A stretch of DNA of 64,000 nucleotides, from assembly GCA_965235115.1 (NCBI GenBank), contig OZ249436.1, positions 26,536,001 to 26,600,000 on the forward strand. Reading direction: 5' to 3'. The stretch is from Laetmonice hystrix. Taxonomy: Eukaryota. Every line of letters starts with the position of its first letter. Position 1 is the first letter of the stretch. The position numbers were made by a program, and so were the translations under genes. The notes below the pieces were generated by a model. It did not search any database and was not told the DNA's origin. It was given only the letters and a program-made list of their open reading frames with translations. Positions 1 to 12,900 of the stretch are shown here, one piece after another.

Positions 1-3000
1 AATCAAAACGGATGACGCTCATTCGGTAGAAACATTGGAATCGTGTCATTAGGTCTATACATTAAAAAAGGTTTTGATGGACCTTTGATTCTTTTTTGCC
101 CTAAATATATGGCCATGGTTTAGGTAGGTTTAGGTTTAGGTAGCCTAAATATATGGCCATGGTGAACATAAATTTATCAATGAAAGGCGCAATGGAGCAT
201 GCGCATACTAAAGAAAAGTTAACCATTGGTTTAATTAATACTAAAATACATGAAATATGTATGAAACAATAAGTAAACGAAATTAATGACAGGTTATAAT
301 GCAATAAATCCTTAGAAAACGCGAAGAACTATTAAATTCCATGACGATTAATCATATACACTGATATCCCTCCAGAATAATCCTTATTCCAGAGGTGGTT
401 TTTACGAGGATTTAGAGTTTGCCTAACTCAGCCTTCGTAACGAAGACCGTTGCCATCTTTGTTCAATTTTTTTTCTAATCCCATAACCTGAATCCCGTGT
501 GACATTGAGACTGGCCGTTGTTGACTCCGAACCCATGTCGTTTTCTCCTCCGTCTCCAACAAACTGCCCCGTGTACTGGCGGCAGGCGGCATTAGCTGAC
601 CCCTGACTTGGTCTGTCTTGTCGACCGAGGTCAAGCTTGTCAAGGTAGCTTCAACTATAGTCAAATCGTCAACTGATGATGAAATGTCTGGTCTAACAGG
701 CTTCCTGACAAAAATAGAAGCTTTTGAAATGAAGCATATATCAGATGGGAGCAAATCAGGCCAGTTCGAGAGAAGGCGTTTACTTAATTCCCCGTAATCC
801 TTTGAAGTATGTGTGAATGTCTGCAGGGATTATCTGAGAGCACTTCAGTCATGCAGTAAAGTGATTCAATACCAGAATAGAGGTAACGGACAATTTGACT
901 TTACTGTCGATGTAGAAGGTTTTCCATTCATAAAACCAGTTAAGGGCATTCCTAAGAGACATTGGATTCTGCTCCTCGCAAGATATTGTGATTCAGTAAT
1001 TGGGACTTGGCAACAAAAACAGAAATTAGTCGCTGGATGTAGTCCTTTCGGCATGCTGTGTTTGTGGATGGGTTGAGCAAACACTGCCAGACCTGCATGG
1101 AAGGAGGACTGATCCCGCTGGAGGCCAGACCTTCATGCGACAACACAGCCTCAGTCTCCACGGCTACTGGAGGAACGGCAGAGCGTACTGATGAGGAACC
1201 TCCTGGGACGCCGTGAGGGAACCACGCGCTCTCCTGAGGGAACACCCCTTGATCAGTATACTGGAGGTGGTCACACAGACAGAAAACAGGGATTTCCGAG
1301 CACGGAGGAGTGCATCTTTGTTATGAATATAGAAGTATTTTGTCTGCAAGTCAATGAGTGCCAGAAATGAAGCAAATGCACGAGTTTAAAATTCAAATCA
1401 CAAAGCAAACCGATGAGGACCAGAAGCACAATGAGCTGTGGCTTAACGTAAACAACGTGAACTAAATGTTAATACCACTTCTTCTCCGGTGTTGATGACA
1501 GTCACAATTATGGTGGTGGAAAAGACTTATAAAGAAAGAGATGTATGGGCTCCAAGCAATATTCCTGAAACTGTCACAAAAATGATTATAGTTATGCCAA
1601 TGGTAAAATCTGAGTTATCATTACCGTACCAATGGCGAGCCAGAAATATTATTTTATCGGTCACCGTGCTGGAAGGATTACGCGGGTCAAGTGAGAATTA
1701 GGCCTACGTCGAATGACGTGGAATTTTCTTTGCGCAGTCATTTTAATATCTGTCACTGATATACAAAATTGTTCATTTGGCGATGGTGTTTATAGACATG
1801 GTCAAGGAGTTTCTTACCGCACTTTGCCACAGCGACTCCCATACAATGATGATGGAGACGATGTTCTTTTTCGTTTTTTATTAAGATATATTAGACCTCA
1901 AGAGCGGTGGTTATAGAAAGTGGCCAGCATTGCATTACGGTATCCATGCAGCTAGGGGTCTGTTTAGACACGGTCACGCAATTAAGCTAACCCAACATCC
2001 CCCCCCATACATTCTCAAATTATCATTTTTTTTACAACAATAATTACCCCAGCTATTGTTCATAGTGTGGGGTGTGAAATCAACCACAAAATAACCCCCA
2101 ATTAATATCTCCAATTATTAAACTTTTTGTGAAAAAGACCCCAAAAGGTAGTTTTGACACATAAAATCAAAAATAAACAAGATAGCGCAACGGCGCATCC
2201 ACCTGAAGGCATGTATTTTAATTTTAAATTAATTTTTAATTTCATATCGTTAAAAACTGGAATTGTCTAAGATTTTTGAGAACCGACCATTTACAGGTGA
2301 AACTAACAGTCATCCTTCCTGACCTCTTGTCCGAGTCTGCCCCTCGATGATACATCAGGGAATACCAGTCGGGCTGGAGTGTATTTACTAAAATGTCCCT
2401 GGGGGTTCACACAACCTAACAGTAAATCAACTTCGCCGGCAGGGTAAGGTAGATAAACTTCACCAACATGCACGCTGCACTCGATAACCCTGAGAGTTTG
2501 CGGCATGGCGGATAAGCCTCACCTTTGGGGAATTTCATACGGTATTTCTGAGTTTGGAGGATTTGTGTTCAAATTCCCTCTCCTGGCTGGTGGAGAACTG
2601 ACCACAGTCATGTGGACCTGTTTGTTTTGTTATTTGTTTGTGTAAAACCGAAGTATTCGGGGAGAGGGGGGAAATGTTCAGTCGAGGTCAACTGAGATTG
2701 TTTTCAGGTTCTCTACGGAAGTAGCACTTTATCAACATGTGTTTAGGTAAAGTAACTTTCTTCATAATAAAAGAGGTTGTGAGAAAAATGTAACGATTAT
2801 TTTTGTGACACTTTGAGATTTCTTGGAATATCTGATGTCAGTTACTAAAGGAAATCGTTCATTGTATTGTGCTGTAATCTGGCTTCGAAAGGACCGAGAG
2901 GAATTTCTCTTTGACAGGTGATGACAGCTTATACAGGGCCTCGAGCTTTCGTTATCTGCCGAGAGCACCTTTTCCTAACTAGATTCTATGTCAACCTAAG

Positions 3001-3175
3001 GTGACAGTCTCACTTTATCTAACAGGATTTACTCTTTGAGGTTAGGACGTGATTTACCGGGATCTGCAGTGAAACGTTACGATAACTTCAAAACGTCGGC
3101 TGGTAATGTGTCAGCACTGGGCAGACATGCGGGGGATGAGGGGAAGGAAGTTATGATAGAGAGAGAAGTAAATAA

Positions 3176-4014
3176 AAATTAACAAAAATAGCTGCCTCAT
3201 ATTCATGGTAAAATTTAATATGCGTTGTATTTATAGGCGTACATAATCTGTTTAGAAGGTCAGGGACCAGACATGCCACCAGAAGGAAGGTAGTATAGAG
3301 AATCATTATGACCTCCCATAGGTCGACATAATACGATGGATTGAGGATTATTTCAATTTTGTCTTTCATGAGAACGCGAGAAGAGAAGTGAAATGAAGTT
3401 TTTAGCTTAGGAGCAGCGGCGGAACAGATAATATGGGGGGGGGGGTGCATTTTGCTTGAGGTAGTGGAACAGATTTAGGAATAATTAATATGCCATAAAA
3501 AAAATTACAAAAGCCATAGAATTATTGGGGGCCAGGCCCCCGAAAAAATATTGGGGCAGTCCCCCCCCCCCAACTTCTGCCACCTATGATTTAATATTCA
3601 CTTCTCAGCCGGTATATCTGAACAAGGACGCCCAGGTGATAGAAAGGTGGAATTAGGACAGAGAAAAATCATATTTAAGACAAGGAGCATCACTACCTCA
3701 CCGTAATATCAGAGGCGACGGAAGATACTTTGTGTTGGGGGGGGGGGGGGGGTAGCAAGACCACTTCTGTTGATCCCAGTGAAAGACGAACTATGGGACG
3801 GAAAGGTTTTGATAGGTCTTTACTTACTGCTGTTCCTTCTGGTGGCATGTCTGGTCCCTGACCTTCTAAACAGATTATGTACGCCTATAAATACAACGCA
3901 TATTAAATTTTACCATGAATATGAGGCAGCTATTTTTGTTAATTTCTGTAGATCCCAGTGAAAGACGAACTATGGGACGGAAAGGTTTTGATAGGTCTTT
4001 ACTTACTGCTGTTC
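3176..4014. repeat. Local rearrangement: 113-bp inverted repeat (3176-3288 / 3833-3945) plus ~70-bp direct repeat (3765-3836 / 3944-4014)
   Basis: Direct sequence comparison; the ORF track shows the same peptide (LLVACLVPDLLNRLCTPINTTHIKFYHEYEAAIFVNF) at 3151-3450(-) and 3770-3961(+). Confidence 0.9.
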
Positions 4015-4870
4015 TTCTGACTGTACATTGACCATAAAAGCTCCAGGACATTCATACTTAATCCCCAACTTACCTGTCCTCAAAATATGACAGATACACG
4101 ACCTGGTTTTGACAGGGCTGTTCTGTTATCGGTTGTTAACCACGACCAATGGAGTATCTTTTCGGATTTTCGGCCACTTCGGGAATAGGCAGGTTAGTGG
4201 GGGATTAGGGTAATACTGCCCAATCTGAAGGTTACTCCCTGATTTTTCACGGAAGCTAGGGTATAATTATTACAGAAGCGCAGTGCTGCCACTTAAGAAA
4301 GAGTAACTCGTACGACTTACAGTCACACAGACATGCTGGCCACTGCTTAACATCCATAATTGCACAAGTTCAGCAGAACATCTATGTATTTCGGACCATG
4401 ATTCCTCAAAAATTATTTAATCTACGTATAGTGCCTATCTGCCTGATATTTGGCATCCTTATTGATGAATAAAGGTAGGGCCTACTAAAAAATACCTTGA
4501 AATCTATTAGCTTTCACCCCCTATTGTGATCACGGTTCCCAACATACCGTCAAAGGGTTGATAGAAACACTCGCGAACACGGCCGTATAGTAACAAAACA
4601 ATGACAAATTTTATGTTTGGCGGATCTAGGATTTCGGGAAGGAGGCGCCTTTTTGTGGATATCATGATCCATTTTCAGGGGGTCTGGGGGTCCTCCTCCC
4701 AAATGTTCAGAAACACCGGAGACATGTTTTCTGAAAATAGGCTATATAGAGTACACATTTCTCCCCAATCAAAATTCTATTTCTTCAAATTGGAAAAGAT
4801 AGTCGACATAAATTGGTAACAATAGACATAAATATAGACATTACCCTTATTAGAGTCCCTGAAAACGTAG

Positions 4871-5033
4871 TGTGGTGTGCGGCGTGCGTTTTTGCAAAAA
4901 TGGAACTACTGAAAATAGATATAACCATTCACATGTCTCCGGTTTGCGGCGTGCGGCGATTTATATTTGTTATAATAAACAAAAACGCACGCCGCACGCC
5001 GCACGCCGCACGCCGCACGCCGCACGCCGCACA
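4871..5033. repeat. (CGCCGCA)n heptamer tandem repeat with upstream inverted copies; probably part of a palindromic MITE
   Basis: caaaaacgcacgccgcacgccgca... at ~4981-5033 is mirrored by gtgtgcggcgtgcgtttttg at ~4873-4893. Confidence 0.7.
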
Positions 5034-6248
5034 CTGTATGCATGTGAAAGCGGCTTGCGTATACTTAATCTTTATAATCAAGGTAGTTATTTGCATTATG
5101 CACAAATTTAACAGTATATATTTGATCCTGATCACCAGAAATTCATAGGCGGATGGTCTATTAATTCTCCTTGCTAGGAAGGTTCAAAGTCTCATGAGGA
5201 GAAATTATACTGAAAATATACCGTACAGGACAAAACCCATTATATCTGTCATGTCAAATCAGACGCATGTATATGGTTATATTTCTTGTATTAAAATTGA
5301 TCTATTACTTGTAAACTAAATATGAACCATGCTACAAGTAAGTCGCAAAATGTTATATGGGGATTTCGATCACAAATATAATGTTCAGGAACTCGCGGTA
5401 GAACGTGCGGTATGGCGGGAAGATATCTAGGTCAATCTGACCTCGTTTTGGGCCACGCTCTGCTGCAGTCATGCGGTCTTCACTGCGTCTTAAACTTCAG
5501 AAGCGGTAAGTTTGTTTGTGTTGCATCCATGCACCTGTAATTCGTCAGTATCTCCTCAGGTTTTAGGGTGTAAACAATCCGAAAACTATCTCATAAATGT
5601 GACTGTTATCATACCCATCCCCTGTATACTATAGGAACAGGTGCCCCAATGAGATCTTTATATATCTGAAAGAGTTGTATGATCGGGTGTCTTACGTCAA
5701 GAAAACATGGAGCCAAGGAGGGGCAAGATTAGACATACGGTGTGCCGATAATATCAACATCGGATTTTTAGAGGAACGTCCGGTAAATTCGTTATGCTTG
5801 ATGGAAAATAGCCATCAAGAAAATGTTGATATGAAATGATGATATATTTAGATGTGTTTACATGCGATTGTTGTGGGAGAAACATTTAAAGATATTTCTC
5901 AGCCATCTGTGCTTGTATGATGCAGCCATTTTAACATACCGGACGTTCCACATCATGTCGGTAGCAGGGTAAAATGACGTTAAATCCTTTATTTTATATT
6001 TAACACAACATCCTAGACGGACTTTATATCAAAGTAATAATGTAGTCCATGATATACAGACTGTATGTAATGTGAGAAACTGCAGTCGTGTAGTACGTAT
6101 CACTGCATGAAATAAAGCGTTTAAGTGAAACTTATATTATATTTATATGGTCTTAAATGTCATATTTAATCACGTTTAATCACAACTAAACTATAATTAA
6201 ATTTCAGATTTACAGTACGTTTAATTAACCTTTAAGAAAATCTTAAAC

Positions 6249-6915
6249 TTCCACATTTAATGGCGATATAAACCTGGAGTATTTCTTAGTATATTTTCAC
6301 ATTTAACATTTCATTATTTTCAACAAAATGCGACATTTCATATTTCTGGACCAGAATATGAAATTAATCTTCACGTTTCTGAGGAATTTAACTTCACTCA
6401 AATTTCACATTTATTATAGTATATTTTCTTAAATTTAAATATTCTTGAAATTTAAAGGAAAATAATTGCTGTGTATGTGCTGTTGAATTGGGAATATAAT
6501 ATAGCTTTACTCTGACAATGAATGTTGACGTTTCAAATTTCTATCCGATTATATCGACTTTAACATCACCTATACTGCACAGTAATCTTGGTCTTAAATT
6601 TGAAAATTTGATGATATAAATATGGATTATTTTCTACTATATTTGCATATTTAGTATCTGATTATTTGTTAACAAAATGTGGCATTTCATATTTATGAAC
6701 CTATAAGTCATATTAATCTTCATGTTTCTGGTGAATTAAACTTCAATAAAATTTCGCATTTACTAAATTATATTCCATTAAATTCAAATATTCTCGAAAT
6801 TTAAAAGAAAATAATTGTTGTGTATATGCTGTTAAATTGGGAATATAATATAGCTTTACTGGCGCAAGCAGTGACGTTTCAAATTTGTAGCCGATTATCT
6901 CCCATTAAATATTAG
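6249..6915. repeat. Left subterminal array of the CACTA element: two diverged ~349-bp copies rich in (C/G)AC(G/A)TTT motifs
   Basis: Anchors aacaaaatg (6322/6671) and gggaatataatatagctttact (6490/6839) recur 349 bp apart. Confidence 0.85.
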
Positions 6916-7155
6916 ATTTAACAATTCCAATTGTTATTTGATAATATTGAGCTATTTGTCATTATCGTCATGAAAACAAAGAGTCGTAGTTTTCCGCATA
7001 TCAAATATCTTTTCTTTTTATTCTCGCACTGCATCTTCTTTCCCGTACAAATAGTTACAAATAGTGACGTATCCAAAAGAACAAATTACATTGTATTATA
7101 AAAGCGGTATTGACATATTTGCGGACATCGCTGAATGTTAAATATAAAAAAAAAA

Positions 7156-10100
7156 TTATCGTTCCGTGGAGACTGCCCATTCTTGATTTGTGGCGAGTTC
7201 TTGTGGGGGCGCCCTCTTAGATACGGCCCCGAGCACACGCTTCATTAGCTGCCTCCTGCCTCTCTTTGACATTGCCGACTCCGCCTTTTTATCTAGTTCT
7301 TCTACGAGTCGGTCACACTCGTCACTTCGCCAGGTGAGACGTTTGACCACAAACACCTCCTCGCCTTCAGACTCCCCCTCCTCCTCTGATGACATGAACT
7401 CCAAAGTCATGCAGGACATAGCTTTCTTTTTCTTCTCTCCGTCCCAGGAGGACTTGTTTTTGGTGGCCTGAATACGCCTAGATAGTTTCTGAAAAGGTAA
7501 AAAAGATATATTTGCATGACATAATATATCCAAATAGGGCCCATGTGTGTGATTAGCTTGCAATAGCCAGGGTTATATCAAGGCGGGGATGAGATCGAAC
7601 TTTGTGGAATTGGAACATTGCTTACCTCCAGAATTAAAAGTAACCCCTATTATCATATTATCTGTTTCTTTATAGAGCTAATGACGATTGTGGCGACGAT
7701 CTATGGTAATAGTTACCGTCTGTGTGAACACTATATATATTAGAAGATATTGAAAAGAACGTGTCAGGAATTTTACTATTTAGACGTACTCTGTACTTGC
7801 GGCCGTAGGCCCGGCAGTCCTTGTTATGCTTCTGTGTTACGCCTTTCCTCGCTTTCAGTGTTTTTTCACGCATGGACTGGAAGTAGCGTGCAATCGCACC
7901 TGTAAAGGTAACATGGATAATAACATAAAGGTGACTCTTTGAACCATATTTTAAGGTCTAAAGAAAGAGGAAAAAGAATTGCTTCAGTTAAAATATACTT
8001 ACTATGGATGACGCCTAGGTCCGTTGAAGGATACAACCCCTGGACAAACTGAACGATGTAATCAGTGAGCGCCTTGTTCGCTGGAGAGTCAAATCTGGAA
8101 ATACAAAATTCTCTTTAAAACACGGCGTCAAGTAACAAACATATACAGAAGATTATGTCCCTTTACTTTAACACTGACTGCAGACCAGGGCCAACAGAAA
8201 ATGTTATGTAGGCCTATACTGTTTCAACGATCAGTATATATTCGATCACTCCCCCCCCCCCCCGATGTTATCCAAAGAAGAAGAAAATATTCTTACTTCA
8301 CTGCTCTGCCGTTCTCATTTGGCAGAGTCTCCCATGGTGTCACACCACTTTCCACCCCAGCCTCATGAGCGTCTCTTACAGCCGCCTGAAATAAAAGGAT
8401 ATGCTTACAGATTCTTTCATATGCCCAGCTCATCTGTCAAACAGAGTGAGACAACAAAGTGAAAGTAAGAAGTTCGTTCCTTGTGGTGACATTTATATGT
8501 ACACAAGCACATATCACTTATGTCATGGTTGAGATTAGAATCCGGATGGATTCCGAATTAGTTTACGCCCCCCTCCCCATGAGCATTGGCTGATTTATCA
8601 TCCCAGCACTAGTGATCATTATTTGTCAGTTTAAACCTGGATCTAAACTGAAAACTGTTGCCAGTTTAAGCCAGTCGTCAGTTAAGACCTGGACAAATGT
8701 CTTAAAAGAATCGCCCACAGAAATGGAGAAATCTAGTGAAATTAAATATTGCTTTAATCTGACCGGGTTCCTCTAAGGTTCCTCTCAAATTTTAACATCT
8801 GACGAGTTGTTCTTGGGGCTAGGTCAAGTTTGAATATGAATAAGATCTTGCAAGTATTTTTTATATAGTGGCATATTTGCGTTTTGACGGGAACTATAAT
8901 CCCGTAACTCCCAAACTATTGGTTGTATGTCCATCAAATTTCTGGGTATTATTCTTGTACGTTACTTTAGGTTTACGCTGTCAACCCCGCAGTATACTAC
9001 AGTATGTAAGAAAATGTTTAGCCGAGATTTTGTGTTAGCTTCATAAGATTTTGTAGGGCCATCTGGCAGTTACCGTGGTCAGCGGCGGTCGGTTGACCTG
9101 CTAACGATGTATATCCCCCTCTAATGACGTATCGGTTACATTTAATGTTCTTTTACTTAATTCATAGTAGAAATCCGTTAGGAAGCCCCCCTCCCCGGCA
9201 ACGTGTAGAGAAAATGCAGTCGATCTGCGAGTGCTGGTAACACACCTATATAAATCTACGGACTAATGTCGGGATCCTAATAAACTACAGTCTATACCCA
9301 ATATCAACTGAAGAAGTGCGATTATTAACAAATACAAAATGACTGTAAAAACATTTTAGAAGGGGCCTAATCCCATAACTCTCAAAGTAATGGTTGTATG
9401 GCAACCAAATTTGGTGTGAGGATTATTGTATATTACCTTAGGTTTACAGTCTCAAAACTTCAGTAAAATACGAAATGATCGTAAAAATCGAGTTTTTTTT
9501 ATACCGTGAGAACACTAACTTTTAGGTCTGCGTCTGGCAGCATGCCAATGCCCGGGCGTACAGCTGACCGTGGGAGGGGGAGGGGGAGGGGGAGGGCAGC
9601 GAGGCTGTGGAGTGTACGGCTGGGAGGGGCGCGGCGGGGGTTGGTGGGGGAGGGGGGGTTATCTAGAAAAAATAGTAGAAAGGTAAGACTTGAGATGTGT
9701 TCTTCTAACATATATAGCTTGGAAGATCTGGGAAGATCGTGTGTGTGTGTGTGGGGGGGGGGCAGGGTTTCCCCCGGGGGGAGACTGGGGGGTTCAACCC
9801 CCCTCAGGATCCGGGGGGATATCCCCCACTAATTTTCAGTGATACAGAAATTTCAAATGCAAGTTGAATGCTGAGATATGAAAGGGGGGGATCAGGTGGT
9901 TATCGGCAGGGAAACAAACTATACTGCATAACCCTCCCCCCCGACTTCAAGTGATGCAGGTCACTACAGAGTGCTGCTGATTTATCTCTGTCCTGCTCCC
10001 GATGATCTCCCCCCCCCCCCAGCTCAAAAATCCTGGGGGAAACCCAGGGGGGGGGGCAAAGGTAAGTACAGGGCCGGACTTCCCTCACACTAGGGAACCC

Positions 10101-10999
10101 TCGATCCACCCCGACCCCATTCTCTTCCTCCATGCAATTCTATAGTACCCCTGAACCTCAATTCCAGAATTAATTTGTTAAAATGATTTTTCCTACTTTT
10201 TTCGAAATAGCCTTCATTATCTTCGTCTTCGATGTGTTCAAACTGATGTGTGCAATTCTCACCTGCACCTCAAGTGAGGGTCTTGGCTGCTGAGACCTCC
10301 TCCGGCCTTTCGGATCATTCAGCAAACCAAGTATTTTCTCCTGGTTTTCAATTATTTTCGTCTGATTCTTCTCCAGTTTTTCAAGGCGACGAAATATCTT
10401 GCGCTATAGTATAAAGATAAATATTTCCTGTCAGACACAACAAAACTTTTTTCAATACGATCATAGGCGTTGGGGGGGGGGGGCGGGGGTGCAAAGGTTG
10501 GAGAATGGCGCCCCCTTCTTGACCCCTTTCATTTCTTCATGACCTCACAATTTTGGCGCCCCCTGTATCTCTGCGCCCGGTGGCAAATCACCCCCCCCCC
10601 CCCAAAAAAAAAAAACCGTCACTATAGTAGGTGTCCCTAAAATCTGTAAGATTCAATGGTTTAATTAAAGTGAACAATGAAAGTACAGCTCAATTTTATT
10701 AGAATCAGCCAACAGGCCATTTTTTCGCAATTGTTCTTCTGGTAGCTCTCTGCTGACCAGGTTACCCCTGCAGTCGAATTATAAATGACGGGCCCAACAG
10801 AACATTCACTTACCGTTGTGCCTCCCGATGATGATATTCTGCTGCGCGGCGTCTCCTCCAATGACAAGCTCAGTGACTGATGGGACTGACTGCCAACTTC
10901 ATCATTTCTCCGCTTTCTACTTTGTAATGGTAAGTGTTCTGCATGGTTGCCAAGCCTAGGTGTTGAGCTTTCTTCGCTTGAGCTTGATGCTGACGACAT
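7156..10999 (-). CDS. CACTA partner gene, C14orf93/DUF4616-like, 316 aa; exons 10814-10999, 10263-10403, 8297-8385, 8003-8094, 7790-7899, 7156-7488
   Basis: All five introns are GT-AG with matching phases (951 nt, no internal stop). The product has an S-rich N-terminus, a coiled coil (RKIFRRLEKLEKNQTKIIENQEKIL), FDSPANKAL, AIARYFQSMR and a C-terminus MTLEFMSSEEE..KRLTWRS..LVEELD..RVLG..SKRAPP..WA resembling C14orf93 by recall. Confidence 0.8.
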
Positions 11000-12900
11000 A
11001 GTGTTCTAGCGAGATATATGCCACGGAACACTAACCGTACAATGGTAAACGTGTTGTCTATGCCTAATTTAAATTTTCGCGCTAAGAACGATATAGGCTA
11101 ACGGTTACAGCATGTCTGAGAGACTGACAAGCGATAAGATGACCCTGATTGACCCTTACATGGACAGGGCAGAGCTGGGGCATGCAGGGGTGGCTGGCAG
11201 TGGGGTGACGTGGGATGCCGGTTGGGGTTCGGGTGGAGGTGGTGGTGGGGGCGGGGGGAGGTGCAGGGTGTGGAAGTCGGTGTGGTGGGAGTGTGTACAC
11301 CAGGCGCAAAGAAATATAATGTTGCCTATGGTCATTTCGACCAACTCTCAAAGATCATCACTTCTACATAGTAATGACCAGCCCTGATATGTATTGGACT
11401 TCTCCATCGAATTGGTTTATTGGGCACATGAATATGGGTGTCCATCACCATATGCTACAACCCCCGCCCCTCCCCCCGAGTGGCGGATCCAGGGGGGGGG
11501 GGGGGCTTTAACCCCCACTCACAGGGAGCTAATTTCTTCTCAACAGAACTTTCTGAATTGACCATGCTAATCCCCCAGCAAATCCTCCGGGCCTGTGTTG
11601 TATCCTTGGGATAGGGGGATGACCCGGGGATGACAGGTGAAAGCAATTCGGAATTCCATGTTTACAATATGCTTAAACATTTTTACAAATCATTTGAATT
11701 GAACAACACTTTTTAAAAGGTTTCCACGGGATTATCCATCTATATAGGCCCTCGTATAGACTAGCCTGTGTATCATTTATACCATGTTTTCGGCATGACG
11801 ATTAGTTGCCGACATCCCCACTCACTTCCAGGGCAAAATATAGACTAGCTCCCTAAAACACTATCCATTGCATGCAGCCTTTTCCTGCCAAAACCGACTT
11901 CGTATACTAATGAAAAAAGAAATAAAGGACTTCTTTCTTTTCTTTCTTTCCCCCCTCTTTTCGCCAGTGTCTTCGGGTGTTTTTCTGCAGGGAAAATGTC
12001 GTTTGTGCTTCAAGGAGGTGCGTGACATTTTAATGGTTTACAGATAGGACATAAAACAGCTGGGTATAGGGTTAGCGAATGCTCTTATCTGCAGCAACTC
12101 AAGGAACTAATTATCCTTTTCCCGCCAGAACAAACAGCGTGACCTCGGTTACTATAAGGTCACTCCCCTGCTCACACTGTGACTCATCTCACGGTGAATG
12201 AAGTGAGAAAACTCTATTTGCCAACTGAATTGAGTCGTTTGCTAGCATAGTATTACTGGTCAATAATGGTGTATGGTTATGGGCTGTGGGGCATTGGACA
12301 GCTAAAGCATGCCCTTCCAGTTAAGAAATCCTGATATTGTACAGAGGACTTTTTGGATGTCGGGTAAAATAAAGGATTAAGGCGTATGCCACGTACATAC
12401 AGTATTTACATCAAATATTTAACATTGGGAGGCATCAGTCAGAAGCTTTGTGAAATATTGTGATAAATATAAAGTACATGTGATTCTTCAATTCAAGACT
12501 CTCCGTTATACTGACCACTGAGAGGCTGGTTGTGGAGTGTGCAAACATTTGCCGCCGTAACAAATCTAAACTCCAGCGTAATGACCAATTTGCTTTAACG
12601 CCCGACTCACGAGTCGATGGAGTGGGAGTAACTGATCGTTAGGGTAACCATCCTTATGATACATTTTGTTGAGGTCAGGGCACTAAAAATTTCAAGGACT
12701 TTGGGGCATAAATAAATATAATAATTAATAAAGTATTAAACAAATTAAATAAATTATAAAAGGCATGAGATTAGGAGATTTTGTTTAACAGATATAACAG
12801 ACATATATCTTCTTAATATATTCCATTTACTATTTACAGATGACCAGCATCATCGAAGCAAATCATTCATACATTCAACAGGAATGATACAGCCGGCCAC

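Noticed and set aside
100-150. GGTTTAGG / GGTTAGG runs (also ~34950-34980) as telomeric repeats
   Set aside because: Too short and degenerate; more like the microsatellite tracts of interspersed repeats.
428-1349. Several short minus-strand ORFs; LRNALNWFYEW faintly recalls P-element/THAP9-like transposases
   Set aside because: No frame gives a continuous recognisable domain and the catalytic motifs are absent; it needs a tblastn/HMM search.
9499-11646. G-rich ORFs at 9499-10133 and 11082-11646
   Set aside because: They derive from polyG/polyC MITE-like and low-complexity DNA inside CACTA introns and the intergenic region; no domain signal.
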